DNA of 64,000 nucleotides from positions 30,256,001 through 30,320,000 of the forward strand of contig OX597825.1 of assembly GCA_951406725.2 (NCBI GenBank), written 5' to 3'. Positions 1 through 13,023 of this stretch are shown piece after piece. The position numbers and the translations under genes were made by a program. Numbering within the stretch: the first letter of the stretch is position 1; each line of letters opens with the position of its first letter. The stretch is from Octopus vulgaris. Taxonomy: Eukaryota. The notes under the pieces are model-generated. The model made no database searches. It was not told where the DNA came from and saw nothing but the letters and a program-made list of their open reading frames with translations.

Positions 1-193
1 CTGATTAAAAATACCATCTTGATATTCACCTGTCTATTTCTGAAGGGAAATGTTCATCTGAAATGGCATTAAGGAATCCTGGTAGAATGGTGCATTCTCA
101 ATGACTCACAAATGCAAATCGTATGCTACAGTGGTATGTTGCTACCAAGAATCCTTATAAAATGATGAAATTAATTGTTGCTTACATCGTAAA

Positions 194-480
194 GTCAATA
201 CCACCATGACCGATATCCAATCTACAGTGGAGAAGGCTAGCCACTGGATTTGGTTAAAAAGAGATGATGAGCGATAGCTAGAAGGATATTGAGCTTTATT
301 TCTTAACCAGCTGATCTAGCAAGCGGGGCCTCATATCAGTGAGGGTGGGGCAGTGCGCATTGATGCCGTCAAGAGGTAGGCCCTGAAATGGTGCGCATTC
401 TCTCCTGATGACCCCATACACTTGCTGGTTTCTGGTATACAGAGTTTTTGACTGGTAGCACTTGCATGTGCAAGTTGTTT
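194..480 (+). mobile_element. 3' end of a HERO-like (RLE-type) non-LTR retrotransposon inserted in the hAT remnant
   Basis: Reads DIQSTVEKASHWIWLKRDD, resembling the AEKxSxWLWLKR C-terminus of HERO-clade proteins, followed by a GC-richer structured 3' UTR. Confidence 0.55.
346..415 (+). ncRNA. Candidate non-circularly permuted hammerhead-like motif
   Basis: GCCGTC(365-370)/GAAATGGT(385-392), AAGAG(371-375)/CTCTC(400-404), CTGATGA(405-411); strand order is not a circular permutation; stem II pairing is poor. Confidence 0.35.
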
Positions 481-1002
481 GCAAGACATATAATGAAAGA
501 TTATGTGCCAATGTGGTGCACAATCAAATGCAACTCTTCCTTGGAAAATGGGGTGTTAAATGTGTTCAGGAAGACCAAGTCTTCGAGAGAAAGGGATCAA
601 GCGGTACAAGACATTGTAGTTCCAGTTATACAATAAAATGCTTTCTATGTGCACCCAGAAAATATTTTACTGGCCATGATAAATGATGAACAGAATGACA
701 TTCGAGAACTAGCATAGAGGCACATATGGCAGGCTTGAACACAGTATAAAGGGAAATCTGTGCAACCTTTCAAAGTTCCTACCCTAAACTTTGCTGCCTC
801 AAACTACATGGACATAATTAACAGGCAGGACACTATTGTTACTGAACCACCTCTAACACAGACATTTTCCAGTGAAGAACTTGATGCCTTCATTCAACAT
901 TGGCATTTGATGCAAGTGGAAAAATTATCATGCCACACCCAAGCTGTGGAGAGATGTGTAAAACTCATGACGGAAGCATCAGCTAATGCTTCTGTCATTA
1001 TA

Positions 1003-1165
1003 GGTGCAGGAGTGGCTGTGTGGTAAGCAGCTTGCTTACCAGCCACATGGTTCCAGGTTCATTCCCACTGCGTGGCACCTTAGGCAAGTGTCTTCTTCTA
1101 TAGCCTCGGGCTGACCAAAGCCTTGTGAGTGGATTTGGTAGACAGAAACTGAAAGAAGCCTGTCG

Positions 1166-1248
<83 letters not shown>

Positions 1249-1532
1249 GTGTGTGTATGTGTGTGTGTGCAATCATGCGTGTCTGTGTCTGTGTATGTAT
1301 GTATGTTTGCGTATATGTTTGTGCGTCTGTGTTTGTCTCCTCAACATCGCTTGACAACCGATGCTGGTGTGTTTACATCCCCGTAACCTAGTGATTCTAC
1401 AAAAGAGACCAATAGAATAAGTACTAGGCTTCCAAAGAATAAGTCTTAGAATCGATTTGCTCAGCTAAAGTCGGTGTTCCAGCATGGTCGCAGTCAAATG
1501 ACTGAAACAAGTAAAAACAGAGTAAAAGAGAG
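1003..1532 (+). mobile_element. tRNA-headed SINE, family A (internal (TA)n/(TG)n; GAAACAAGTAAAAGAG tail)
   Basis: A-box-like TGGCTGTGTGGTAAG and B-box-like GGTTCATTCCC; about 20 related full or partial copies in the window (e.g. 3826-4205, 6155-6438, 38190-38475, 42935-43150, 43233-43983). Confidence 0.9.
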
Positions 1533-4500
1533 TAATGTTTGTGGTGAGAACAGTTGAGGTTGTTTCATTAGGAGTCGAGTCAAATCAAGAAAAAAAATTG
1601 TGGTATTTGAGACAAAAAGGGGACTTCAAATGCAAAGTAATACAACAATAATCAATTAGAATTTTTTTAGTTTTAGCTATTTCGAAAATAAGAAACAATT
1701 ATCATTATGTCGTTTTAAGAATTTCCAAAAGAGTAAAAGAGAGTAGAGAGTATCTGTGCAGCTGCTGTTGTTGTTTTTAACCCCAGGTTAACCCTGACTG
1801 AGAAAATATCATAAAAAATGTTCCAGCCAAGCCTACCACCAGGTTTGTATATCTAAAACCATAGCATTACCCAACATATATTTCCTTCTTTAAAATGATT
1901 AATGTACGATATGAGAGAGGTTTGGCTGCTATTTCTAGTGGGCTGAAAAAATGCATGAAGGATTCTTTATTAGTTTTGCTATATTGGTTGTATAAAAGCA
2001 TATCTCTTTTGTATAAAAGCATATCTCTGTTCCATTTTTTATTTGAAAGTGAGATGTTAATTCTTGTCTACAAAAAAAATTAATTGGATTTATTACTGGA
2101 ACGGAAAGGAATGCATTACAGTGATTCCTATTATTTAGTTACATGGAATTATTTCACATAAATTGAAAATGTTAATTATTTTTATCACCAAAATGTGTCA
2201 AGAATCAAAAATTGGTTTACACATAGTTTTATGATAATGCGTATGCAATCTAGATCTCATGTAACACATATATTCAGTGACCTAGTATTAAAAATGATAA
2301 AGAAAACAAAAGTCGAAAAGTCTATATATTTCGCATGATTTTGAAATTTCAAGTGTATTGTGAAGCCTGAAGATGTAAATTTTAGGGCTTGAAATTTTAA
2401 CACTCTTCTTTTAAAAAAAATTTTGCAAATGAAAATTGATTCGTAATAATGAATGTGAGAAATAAAATGAGGAATGGTAAATGTGTTATAAATTGATTCT
2501 TCACTCATTATTCAAAATTTAAAATTGGCTGCGGAGCCTGATGATGTAAATTTAAGAACTTTAGATTTTAATATGATTGTTTTTAAAGGATTACACAATA
2601 AAGAATATATTCTTAGAAACACATTTCAAAAATCTGTGTGGAAAGACCCTTTTTCATTCCACCCTAATGAATGTACGTGCTTTTATATTAGTGTGCCTTT
2701 GAGTTTCTGTTTATTTCTCTCCCACCACGACCACTAGACTACCAATGCTGGTTTCTTTATGTCTCTGTAACTTAACAGTTCACCAAAAGAGACTGACAGC
2801 ATAGGTACCAGACTTGAAAATAAGTACTGAGGCAATTTGTAGGACTAAAATTCTTCAAGGCAGTGCTCCAGTATGGCTGCAGTCCAATGACTGAAACAGG
2901 CAAAAAAATTAAATTAAATGATAAATAATAAACAAAAAATATGGATAGAAATTACATCCCATACCTTAGGGTTCACTCTTTTATTCTGATTTAGAATTTT
3001 ACACAAATACACCTCAGACCCTAATAGTTACTTGCTTGCGAAGATTTATCATCATCATCATCAACCTAAGGTTCACTTGTTCTACTTGGATGTGGTTGAT
3101 AGAATTTGTTGAGGCAGATTTTCTGCAGCTGGGTGCTCTCCTTGTCACCAACCCTCACTTGTTTCTAAGCAAGGTGATATTTCCCCATGACTAGACATGC
3201 TTTTTTTCACAGAAGATTAGAAACAAATAACACCACTTGTATGCCTGTCACTTTTCTTTATAACCTTCACAAATGATGTCAAAACAAAGAAGCTCCAAAA
3301 CCACCCCCACCACCCCACCCACAAACGTACTCACTCACACACGCACTCACTCACACACGCACTCACTCACACATGCACTCTCACTCACTAACTCACTCTC
3401 ACTCACTCTCACTCACTCACTTACTCTCTCTCACACACATACACACACACACAGATACCAATAAGGGATCTTAAATCTGGACAAGATACTTCTTAAACTC
3501 TCTGCTATTACAAATGCATCAGGCTAACAAAAGGTTTTCTGATTGGCATAGAACTCCAGGTAAACCTAAGACGAGATTCAATGCCAAATCCCATCACCAG
3601 TCGACTTTGTAAATCCATGGTTACATTACTGAGTTAATATTACTGAGTTAATATGGTATATCTTTACAGAGTGATATTTGGAAATTAAAATCATTTAAGA
3701 ATTAGTAATTACAGCACCTCATCATTGAATTCACTGTTTTACCTCGATGTAGTATTATATCCAAATAACATCTCAGCCTCTGTTCTGCAATTCACCCATT
3801 TATCTAGGTTTAGTATTTGTGAAACTGGCATGGCCATGTAGTTAAGAAGGTCATTTGATTTCAGGTTCAGTCCCACTGCATGGTACCTTGGGCAAGAGTC
3901 TTCTATGTTAGTCTCAGCTTGACCAATGCTTTGGGAGTAAATTTAGAAGGCAGAAACTATGTAGAAGACTGTCATATATATAATTCTATACATGTATGTA
4001 TGTTTTTGTGTTTGTGTTTGTCTCCCATCACCCCATGTTGGTTTCTTTATATCCCCACAAATTAGCAGTTCAACGAAAGCGAACAACAGAATAAGTATTA
4101 GACTTTAAAATATGTACTGGGTGTCGATTTTGTTGAAGCTAAACCCTTAGAGGTGGTGCCCCAGCTTGGCCATTGTCCAATGACCAAAACAAGTAAAAGA
4201 TAAAATATGTAGGTCTTTATTTTGGTAAATTTCAGGAAAATTAAAAACATTGATGAAAACTCAATATCATTGTGTTGTTTTCAATTTCGGCTACTTGGCT
4301 CGAATACAAGTGTGGTGTTACATAGAACACAGCTGCCGGAATACTTATCTGTTTTTATTCAGCTCAAGTCCACGAGAATTTATATATAATAACTAATCTT
4401 TATTCATAAGTGTGCTATTTTTCTATTTGCCCATAGCAAATACCATCAAAATAATCTTACTGAATGATAATTCAGTCGCACTTGTCTTGTGTAGTAAAAC

Positions 4501-5407
4501 AAAGTTATGTAGCTTGGTGAATACTAAACTCTTGCTATTTGTAAATTTTTATAGAACTAGCTTTATTACCATAAACATTGTTGAACCTCAAATCACTAAT
4601 ATTTATACTACTGTACAATATAATTTTCTACCGAATAAATATTTGATATGCAGAAAGAGAAACATATAATAATAGCAACAAACTATGAAATTTCGGCTTG
4701 TATTTAAAAGTTTGGAAATAGAACATTTTACTGCATGACTGCTTGGTCATATTTTATCGTAAGACCATAATGAATCTGTGGACGTTAAGTGACTGCAAAA
4801 GCTTTCCAGTTTGGAAATAAACCTCTGATTTCTAAATAATCTGTATGTAAGTTCGAACTGCAATACTCTTCTTAATCATCTGTATCTATAAATATGAATT
4901 ATTTCCCCGTGTATAAAGTAAGATAAGTTGAGATAAAAGAAAGCCGGTTGCACTTAGTTCTCTTGATGCAATGTGAAGTTTCTGAAACCTGAACTAGTCA
5001 GCTTCCATGAATATATTCAAATGCACGCTGTGTAAATGGAAATCACCACCACCACCATTACCACCACCACCATCATCACTGCTACCATCATACACTGCCA
5101 CCACCACCACCACCATTGTCATCGCTATCATCGTCATCACCATTATCTTAATCATCATCATCATCATCGTCATCACCATTGCTTTAACATCCACATTTTC
5201 ATGCTTGCATGAGTTGAAAGGAACATGTCGAGACAGATTTTCTATGTTTGGATGTCCTTTCTGTTGCCAACCCTCATACGTTTCCAAACAAGGCAATAAT
5301 CTTCTTGTCTATCAAACAACAAACAGCCTTGATATAGAAACACGGTGAACTGGAAACAAACAACATTGTCTGAAAAAGCCCTTTGTTTATTAAAACCATG
5401 GATGATA

Positions 5408-6018
5408 TTCTTTTCTACTCTACTTCTAGGCACAAGGCCTGAAATTTTGGGGGAGGGGGGAGCAGTCGATTAGATCGGCATTGACCCCAGTACACAACTG
5501 GTACTTGATTTATTGATCCCAAAAGAATGAAAGGCAAAATTGACTGTGGCGGAATTTGAACTCAGAATGTAAAGACATGAAATATCACTAAGCATTTCGC
5601 CTAGCTTGTTAATGTTTCTGCCAGCTCACCGCCTTAAGACCATGGATAATATTCTTTTCTACTCTAGGCACAAGGCCAAAAATTTCGGGGGAGGGGGGCA
5701 GTCGATTAGATTGACCCCAGTATGCAACTGGTACTTAATTTATCGAAAGAATGAAAGACAAAACTGACCTCGGTGGAATTTGAACTCAGAACGTAACGAC
5801 AGACAAAATACCTATTTCTTTACTACCCACAAGGGGCTAAACACAGAGAGGCCAAACAAGGACAGACAAACGGATTAAGTCGATTATATCGACCCCAGTG
5901 CATAACAGGTACTTAATTTATCGACCCCAAAAGGATGAAAGGCAAAGTTAACCTTGCCAGAATTTGAACTCAGAACGTAACGGCAGACGAAATACCACTA
6001 AGCATTTCACCTGGCGTG
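5408..6018 (-). mobile_element. Tandem cluster of tRNA-headed SINE family B (MetaSINE-like central domain)
   Basis: Repeated GAAAGGCAAA..GACCTCGG.GGAATTTGAACTCAGAACGT blocks, the reverse complement of the copies at 32462, 36397, 41234 and 62941. Confidence 0.85.
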
Positions 6019-6443
6019 AGTCGCAATTGAAATAATTTTTCATTTTAATTTTGGAATTATATGGGTGTTGATTTACTATCAGGTGACTTTTGGCCAACTT
6101 TGTATATATATATATGTCTACACAAACTCATGTATATGTACATATGTGTACATTGGTGTAGTAGTGGCTGTATGGTAAGTAGCTTGCTAATGAACCACAT
6201 GGTTTCGGGTTGTGTGTGTATATACGTTTGTGTGTCTGTGTTTGTCCCCCCCAACATCACTTGACAACCAATGCTGGTGTGTTTATGTCACCGTAACTTA
6301 GCAGTTTGGCAAAAGTGACCGATAGAATAAGTACTAGGCTTACAAAGAATAAGTCTTGGGGTCGATTTGGTCGACTACAGGTGGTACTTCAACATGGCCA
6401 CAGTCAAATAACTAAAACAAGTAAAAGAGTAAAAGAGTATATT

Positions 6444-6487
<44 letters not shown>

Positions 6488-7371
6488 TGTGTATCTGTAC
6501 ATGTATGAAGATTTCCTGACCCCATAGTATAACTAATACTGTTTCTCATTTGATCATGGGAAAAGGAAATGCAACATTGATCCTGGCAGGATTTTAACTG
6601 AAAATGTATCAGGAAAAATTAAATACCGAAAGACAAACTTTTCTTTCTGTCTTGAGTTATCACCCTTACCTTTGATTGTTCACTGTTTCTCTTTCCTGCA
6701 TACATGTGCAGCCTTCAGTAATTAAAGTTATCATGTTTGCTACATTAAGTGCGTTAACACTTAGTTTATGAAAGACGTTTTAGTTCTGTGCTCTCAAATT
6801 TCTGCTTCTTAGTCACTTAACTGTAGGAAATAAAACGAATTTCAAAGTCATTTCTATTCAGCAGCAGTAAGTAATTGCTTTACATTTGTCATTGCTAGGT
6901 TATCATTAATGGCTTGGTTGTTAACTTATTTATTTATTTATTTATTTATTTAATCAATTTATTCTGAGTGAAGCTGGAAAATCATGACAGACAAAAAGTT
7001 ATCTAACACTTCTCTGAAGAAAAAGAACAATGATAAATAATAAAATTAATAAAAACAATATGGTAAAGACAAAGTACACAAATGCTTCTATTGTTTAATC
7101 TTTTTGTAGCCTCCCAGAAATCCTTCTCAAAGAACTGGAAGATCTGAACTATGGTTGATGAGATCTCTCAGTTTTCTGACAACGAATTGTGCTGTCGAAC
7201 TTGGTAACATTTTGAAGACCAAATTGTAAACATCATCTCTGAGAGAGTGATAGATTTTTGCCTCAGAATGAATAGTACAATGAAATTTCTGGATAGCCTC
7301 CACAAGAACATAAAAGAAATTCGTATTCGTATATGTTCATGACAGAATACATTTTAACCTTTTTGATACCA

Positions 7372-7874
7372 GTGGAGATGCGTGGCTTAGTGGTTAGGGT
7401 GTCAGCAACATGATAGTAAGATTGTGGTTTCAATTCCTGGACCGGGCAATGCATTGTGTTCTTGAGCAAAACACTTTATTTTACATTGCTCCAGTCCACT
7501 CAGCTGGCAAAAATGAGTAACACTGTGATGGACTGGCATCCTGTCCAACTGGGGAACACATACGCCATAGAAACCGGGAAACCGGGCCCATGAGCCTGGC
7601 TAGGCTTTAAAAGGGCACATCTATTTGTGGAGGTGCATGGCTTAGTGGTTAGGGTGTTAGTACCATGATCGTAAGATTGCGTTTTCGAATCCTTGACCAG
7701 GCGATGCATTGTGTTCTTGAGCAAAACACTTCATTTCACGTTGCTCCAGTCCACTCAGCTGGCAAAATTGAGTAATGCTATGATGGACTGGCGTCCCATC
7801 CAGCTGTGGAACACATGCGCCATAGAAACCAGGAAACCAGGCCCATGAGCCTGGCTAGGCTTTAAAAAGGGCAC
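7372..7874 (+). mobile_element. Head-to-tail dimer of tRNA-headed SINE family C (7372-7618, 7627-7874)
   Basis: Two ~247-bp near-identical copies, head GTGGCTTAGTGGTTAGGGTG...GTTTC(G/A)A; monomer on the minus strand at 54967-55213. Confidence 0.9.
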
Positions 7875-8977
7875 TTTTATTTATTATATTTTTTATACCA
7901 ACCTGCCTGAGACCAGCTTTGGTTCTTTAATACAATCTTCTTGTTTTAAAGTAATCAAAATTTTGTAACTTCCATCAAAATTTCATATTAGTTAATATAA
8001 CAGTTATTTTAACTAAATTCTTCATTATTTTCAAAGTTAATTAAAAGGTAGTGTGTTTCCACAGATATGTAATTATGAAAGTGCTAAAAGAATATGGCTT
8101 GTTTACAGCTAACCGAGTCTTTGTTTGTTAGCATTATTCAGTATCTGATATATATCATGTGCTGCTAAATCTGATTGAAATAATGAAGGATTAAAGATTG
8201 TTTTGTTTAAGACATGTCTGCACAGCTAAATCTTCTTATTAACTGTAACCAAGTGAAAATGATGAGTAAAATACATTTGTCAACCGTTTATTATTGAAAA
8301 TGCTGGGTTAACAGAATTTTGAACAATTTAATAGAAACTAAGGGAAGCATTCTATGTACTAAATGCACACTTGTAATGTAGTGTGTTGCAAACAACAGTG
8401 ATTATTTCAGATTATCATTGCAATTAGAAAGAAAATGTGAATTCCTTCTTGTGCTTAGACAACAAAGGGAGAAGACAAATTTAGTAACATTAGCTAATTG
8501 AAATTTTCAGAAGACAAATAGGTGTTTTTGATAGGAGTGGAAATGCTGCCGCAAGTTGTCTTTAAAGCTAACTTGTAGAAGCAAGAAACGTGTTTCAGTC
8601 TTATCAAATCTCTTTAGCAACTCCTTTTCTACTTAGTTGCAATACAAAGAGGTAATCAGTAGATATAGAAATAGTGGTAATGTAAACAATATGGCCAGAT
8701 GGAAAGCACTCCAGAGAAGCACTCTGCACACCAAATGCATATTATTTGGTCATCTCAAATACGTAGTATTAGTGAGTAGAAAAACATTGATGAGAGAGAA
8801 TTTCTGTTTACAACTAGAGTGGATAATCTTGACTCATTAAATTACATATATGTAATCCCCAAATTTGTAAACAGAATGATGTGATCTGCTTGAGAGTAAC
8901 ATATTTAGATTTGAACTTATGATCATGTGATCACAAATTAAACACCTCATCCTTACAACTAATGTGTCCTTTGATCA

Positions 8978-11100
8978 TGGCTGTTTGCCAGCCTCCTCTG
9001 GCCTCTGTGCCGGTGGCATGTAAAAGCACTCACTACACTCACGAAGTAGTTGGCGTTAGGAAGGGCATCCAGCTGTAGAAACACTGCCAGATCAGACTGG
9101 AGCCTGGTCATCATCATCATTGTTCAACTGTGGTCAAGACAATGGAATTTACCACGCTATGCCAGACTTCACAGTCCGTCATGGCATTACGGAGGTCCTG
9201 TTGCTGGATGCCTGTATCCCTGGAGATTACATCAGGGTAGGAGAGTGTGTGCCCTCTGGTATTGCGAGTAGATGGCTTCCAGAGGAGAAGAGTAGAAATT
9301 ACCTCTTTTCAGCTCTACAACAATGTCCAGCAAACTGGACTCTCCTACCCTTCACAAGAGATGACACAGGTGGTAGTTTCCCCATATATTTGCATTTTGG
9401 TTGGATGGCGCTTCCACGAGAGATTTTGAGCTCCCATAAGGAGGCAAGTGTAGGTTCCATCCAACCGCCTCTCAAGCTTCTTTGATAACATCCAGGTTTC
9501 TGAGCCATATAGTAGAATTGATTTGACTGTGGCTTTGAAGATTTCCAGTTTGAAGTCTCTACTTAGATTTGATGACCAGATCTTATGCACGTCATTACAG
9601 GCTGACCAGGCCATACCCTTTCTAGTTAGAAAATCTTTTCCAGATGATGATATGTATGACCCAAGATATTTGTAATCAGAAACCATATTTAAGGGCGCAT
9701 TGTTGAGAGTATGGATGATGCAATCACTGTTGGACAGGCACTTGTTTATATATTCAGTCTTGGCCTCATTGAGGTAAAGACCTACACAATTTGAGGCTTG
9801 TTCGAGAGATTGTAAAAGAGACTGGGCATTGGAGAGAGAATCACTGATAAGAGCGATGTCGTCAGCAAAGTCAGTGTCTGTCAAGTGTTCAACTGGGTGT
9901 CTGGAATTACTTCTTGGTTTTATTTCAAAGCCCTTGCCAGAGATGGTATCAACTGACATACGTAGCACATAGTCAACGACAATGATGAAAAGAAATGGGG
10001 CGAGTGTCTCCCTGCAGTATTCCGGCTTTCATTGAGAAAGATGATGTTTCTCCGTCAGGGGTTAAGATGGTTGAAGACATATCTGTGTAGAGGACCTTGA
10101 TGGCAGAGATGATTTTGTCTGGTATCCCATAGAGCTTAAGGATTTCAAACATCTTGTACCTATCTACAGAATTGAACGCTTTAGAAAAGTCTACAAGTAC
10201 AATTGCAAGATCGCGATTAAATGCTTTTGATTCTTCAATAAGTCTGCGTAGGCATAGTATCTGGCTCAGCATTGAGCGCCCATGTCTGAATCCATTTTGG
10301 TTTCTTCGGAGCAAAGGTTCAACAAAAAGGACAAAACGATTTAGAATCAGTTTGTTGTACAGTTTTGCAGCAATTGACATTAGAGATATACCCCTGTAGT
10401 TAGTGACGAGGGATAAATCGCCTTGTTTGGGTATTGGGATGATCTGAGATTGGTGCCAAATCTTTGGAGCAACAAAGGTGGAAAGTGTGTGGTTGCAAAG
10501 GTTGAGCAAAAGTGTGTGAAATCTATCATCCTTCCAAATTATAGCTGGGATGTTGTCAGGACCAAATGCTTTCGAGGCTTTTAGTTGCTTGGTGGCTGCT
10601 GTTAGTTCAAATATGGTAAAAGGGGAGGTGTTGATGTCCAGCATGTCTGATATAGGCACACTTGGAAGAGTGGGGTTATCAGGGATTTTGGCATTCTTCC
10701 CAAGAAGGTTTTTAAAATGAGTTGACCAATTTTCTAAACGCTTCTTAGCTGATCCCCCTTTAATTCTAATTGATGACCCAGAATTTTTGCCTGATAGGTC
10801 TTTGATGGATTTCCAGGCGAGATGGTGTTTTTTACTAATGTGCTCTTTGGATAGTTTGCTAATTTTGCCATTGATAAAGTCGACCTCGGTGTTCAAGTAA
10901 GCCTCATCAAGATTCTTCTTGGCAGCTATGAGTTGGATCTTCAGTGACTGGGGTGGAGAACGGTGGTAAGCTAGTGATATAGACTTCAGATGGTTTCTGG
11001 CTTCGATGAGCCTGGTACAGCCTCCTGGCTTCCCAGATCACGGTCGAACCGTCCAATCCATGCTAGCATGGAAAACGGACGGTAAACGATGATGATGATT
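8978..11100 (+). mobile_element. RTE-tail-type short element (family D, (GAT)n tail) split by a LINE insertion
   Basis: The family sequence GATCAGACTGGAGCCTGGT|GCAGCC is broken at 9108 and resumes at 11008; it ends CATGCTAGCATGGAAAACGGACGGTAAAC(GAT)n. Confidence 0.85.
9109..11007 (-). mobile_element. 5'-truncated RTE-clade LINE with frameshifted reverse transcriptase
   Basis: ORFs 9973-10896 and 9345-9968 contain GPDNIP, NYRGISL, QNGFR, VDFSKAF, GILQGD, DFADDI, YKYLGS and LLYGSETW; (GAT)n tail at 9109-9120; TSD GAGCCTGGT at 9100-9108 and 11008-11016. Confidence 0.95.
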
Positions 11101-11321
11101 AACTCTGAAATCATTGATAATATGATTCTATAAAGTTTTGCAGTGTGAACCTTGGTTTTACAATAAGTACACAACTTCCTCAAGGGTCATATGAGGCAAC
11201 TAAAAGGGTTGAGAGTAAGAAGGGCATTTGATTGTAAATCATTGCCTTCAAAAAAAATGAAGAAAAAGAAAAAGACTCATCCAGCCCATGCCAACATGGA
11301 AAAGTGACTGACATGAAACAC

Positions 11322-11640
11322 TGATGATGATGATGATGATGGCAGTAGTAGCAGTAGTGGTTGCAGTGGTGGTAGTGGCAGTGGTGGCAGTGGCGGCAGC
11401 AGTGGTGGTGGTAGGGGTGGTGATGGTGGTGTTGGTAATAATGGTGACAATGATGATGGTGATGATGATGATGGTTATGGTGATGAGGAGGAGGATGAGG
11501 GGGAAGAAGAAGAAGAAAAAGAAGAAGAAAAAGAAGAAGAAGAAGAAGAAGAAGAAGAAGAAGAAGAAGAAGAAGAAGAAGGAGAAGAAGAAGAGGAGGA
11601 GGAGGTGGTGGAGGAGCAGGAGGAGTAGGAGCAGAAGGAG
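11322..11640. repeat. Compound trinucleotide microsatellite (GAT/GGT/GAA/GAG)
   Basis: Seen directly; source of the poly-K, poly-L and poly-H ORFs. Confidence 0.95.
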
Positions 11641-12500
11641 TAGGATTCAACTAATTTAAAGAGGGTCTGCGGTGGATTAATGTCCGTCTGTGTTCTTTGA
11701 GATGAGCGAAAATGATTTGGTGTTGAATGCAATTAGAATGTCAGAAGCTCATAACAAAATAAGTGCAAAGGTCCTGAACAGCAATGTCTGTACAAGATCT
11801 GCAGTCATTAAAGTTGCAAGCTGTCACTTATGTTAAGAAACGAGAGAGAGAGAGAGAGAGAGAGAGATAATGACAGTGAGATAAAGACAGAGAGAGAGAA
11901 AGGGAGAGAAAGTGAGAAAAATGCCTGTTTAAGATCTTCTGATTCTGACTATTCTGCCTTTATTAAATTTAGAATTTAAAATATTTTATCAGAAGTTTTT
12001 AGATGCAGATTTAACTGTTAAATCAACAGGTGGAGCAACTGTCTAGAAGCTCTCCTGATACCGTATGTTTCCTGAAGAAGTGTAAAATTGGATATGTTAG
12101 AGAAGAAATCAATTATGCAAAAGATGCCGAACAGTCAAAGAAATACTGTGGTTGCTGAAATAACCATATTTGGATAATTTGTCTTTTCTCTTCTTTGAAA
12201 TTTCAGATGGTGCGTTGGATGAACTGTTAAAGGCTGGAAAATTTTCTTTGAAATGTGTCTGAGGTATTTAGTTACGTTACCCACCCAACTCCTTTACAAT
12301 TTGTAAGAGCTCATGTTGTGACTGTGTGGTTAAGAAGTTTGCTTTTCAACTGCACAGTTTAGGGTTCAGCCCCATGCCTTTGTTTCTTGGACGAGTGTCT
12401 TCTACTATAGTCCTAGAGAGTAACATAACATAGTTAGCCTTATGAATGGAGTTGGTTGATGGAAACTGAAAGAAGCCCCTCATGAGTATGTATATATATG

Positions 12501-12566
<66 letters not shown>

Positions 12567-12722
12567 CTTAATAAATCTTAGGGTAGCAAAAAAATTTAGA
12601 AAAATTCTTTACTTCCAGTGGTCTAGCAAGAAGGAAAAATTAGTTTGTAGTTTAACTAATCTTTCTAGCGAGTCAGATGCCCTGTTATGGCCATCTCTTA
12701 TGTGTTTAAATGTACACTGTAT

Positions 12723-12756
<34 letters not shown>

Positions 12757-12760
<4 letters not shown>

Positions 12761-13020
12761 GAAAAGTTTACAAAAATAAACAAAAGACGAAGGCAGGTGG
12801 TGTACAAACAAACAGATGAATAAGTATGGTGCTCAGGAATAGAAAAAGTCTTTTACGTTTCGAGCCTACGCTCTTCTATAGAGAGGGACACAGAAAAAAC
12901 AAGGAGAGAAACAAGGAGAGAAAAAAAATGTGTGTAGTAGCTAACGATCTATCATGGCGTCTGACTCGGACAGAATGGTCAGACAGGAAGGGGAAAGTAA
13001 GGGAGATAACAAGGTCAAGA
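12757..13020 (-). mobile_element. Penelope-like pseudo-LTR fragment with decayed minimal hammerhead (12850-12885)
   Basis: Minus strand CTCT-CTATAGA-A-GAGC-GTAG-GCTC-GAAA-CG-TA-AAAG; abuts (TA)n; homologous to 42470-42655. Confidence 0.55.
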
Positions 13021-13023
13021 TAT

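Larger units (their letters stand above)
1..990 (+). pseudogene. Decayed DNA-transposase remnant, probably hAT superfamily (hATm-like); interrupted at ~194-495 and continuing at ~1533-1640 after a SINE
   Basis: Translations PGRMVHSQ*LTNANRMLQWYV, HPENILLAMIND, VPTLNFAASNYMDII, EPPLT, CHTQAVERCVKLMTEAS, then NVCGENS*GCFIRSRVKSRKK after the SINE; in-frame stops. Family assignment from memory of motifs. Confidence 0.65.

Noticed and set aside
2341-2590. Imperfect ~80-bp direct repeat containing CTGAAGA/CTGATGA
   Set aside because: The repeat is real, but no hammerhead stems form; treated as an old local duplication.
4300-4350. miR-317-like GAACACAGCTG
   Set aside because: The match is limited to 11 nt and there is no convincing precursor hairpin.
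7372-7445. tRNA genes at SINE heads (also 1003, 31457, 41234, 56743)
   Set aside because: A/B boxes only; they run into SINE bodies and no full cloverleaf was found.
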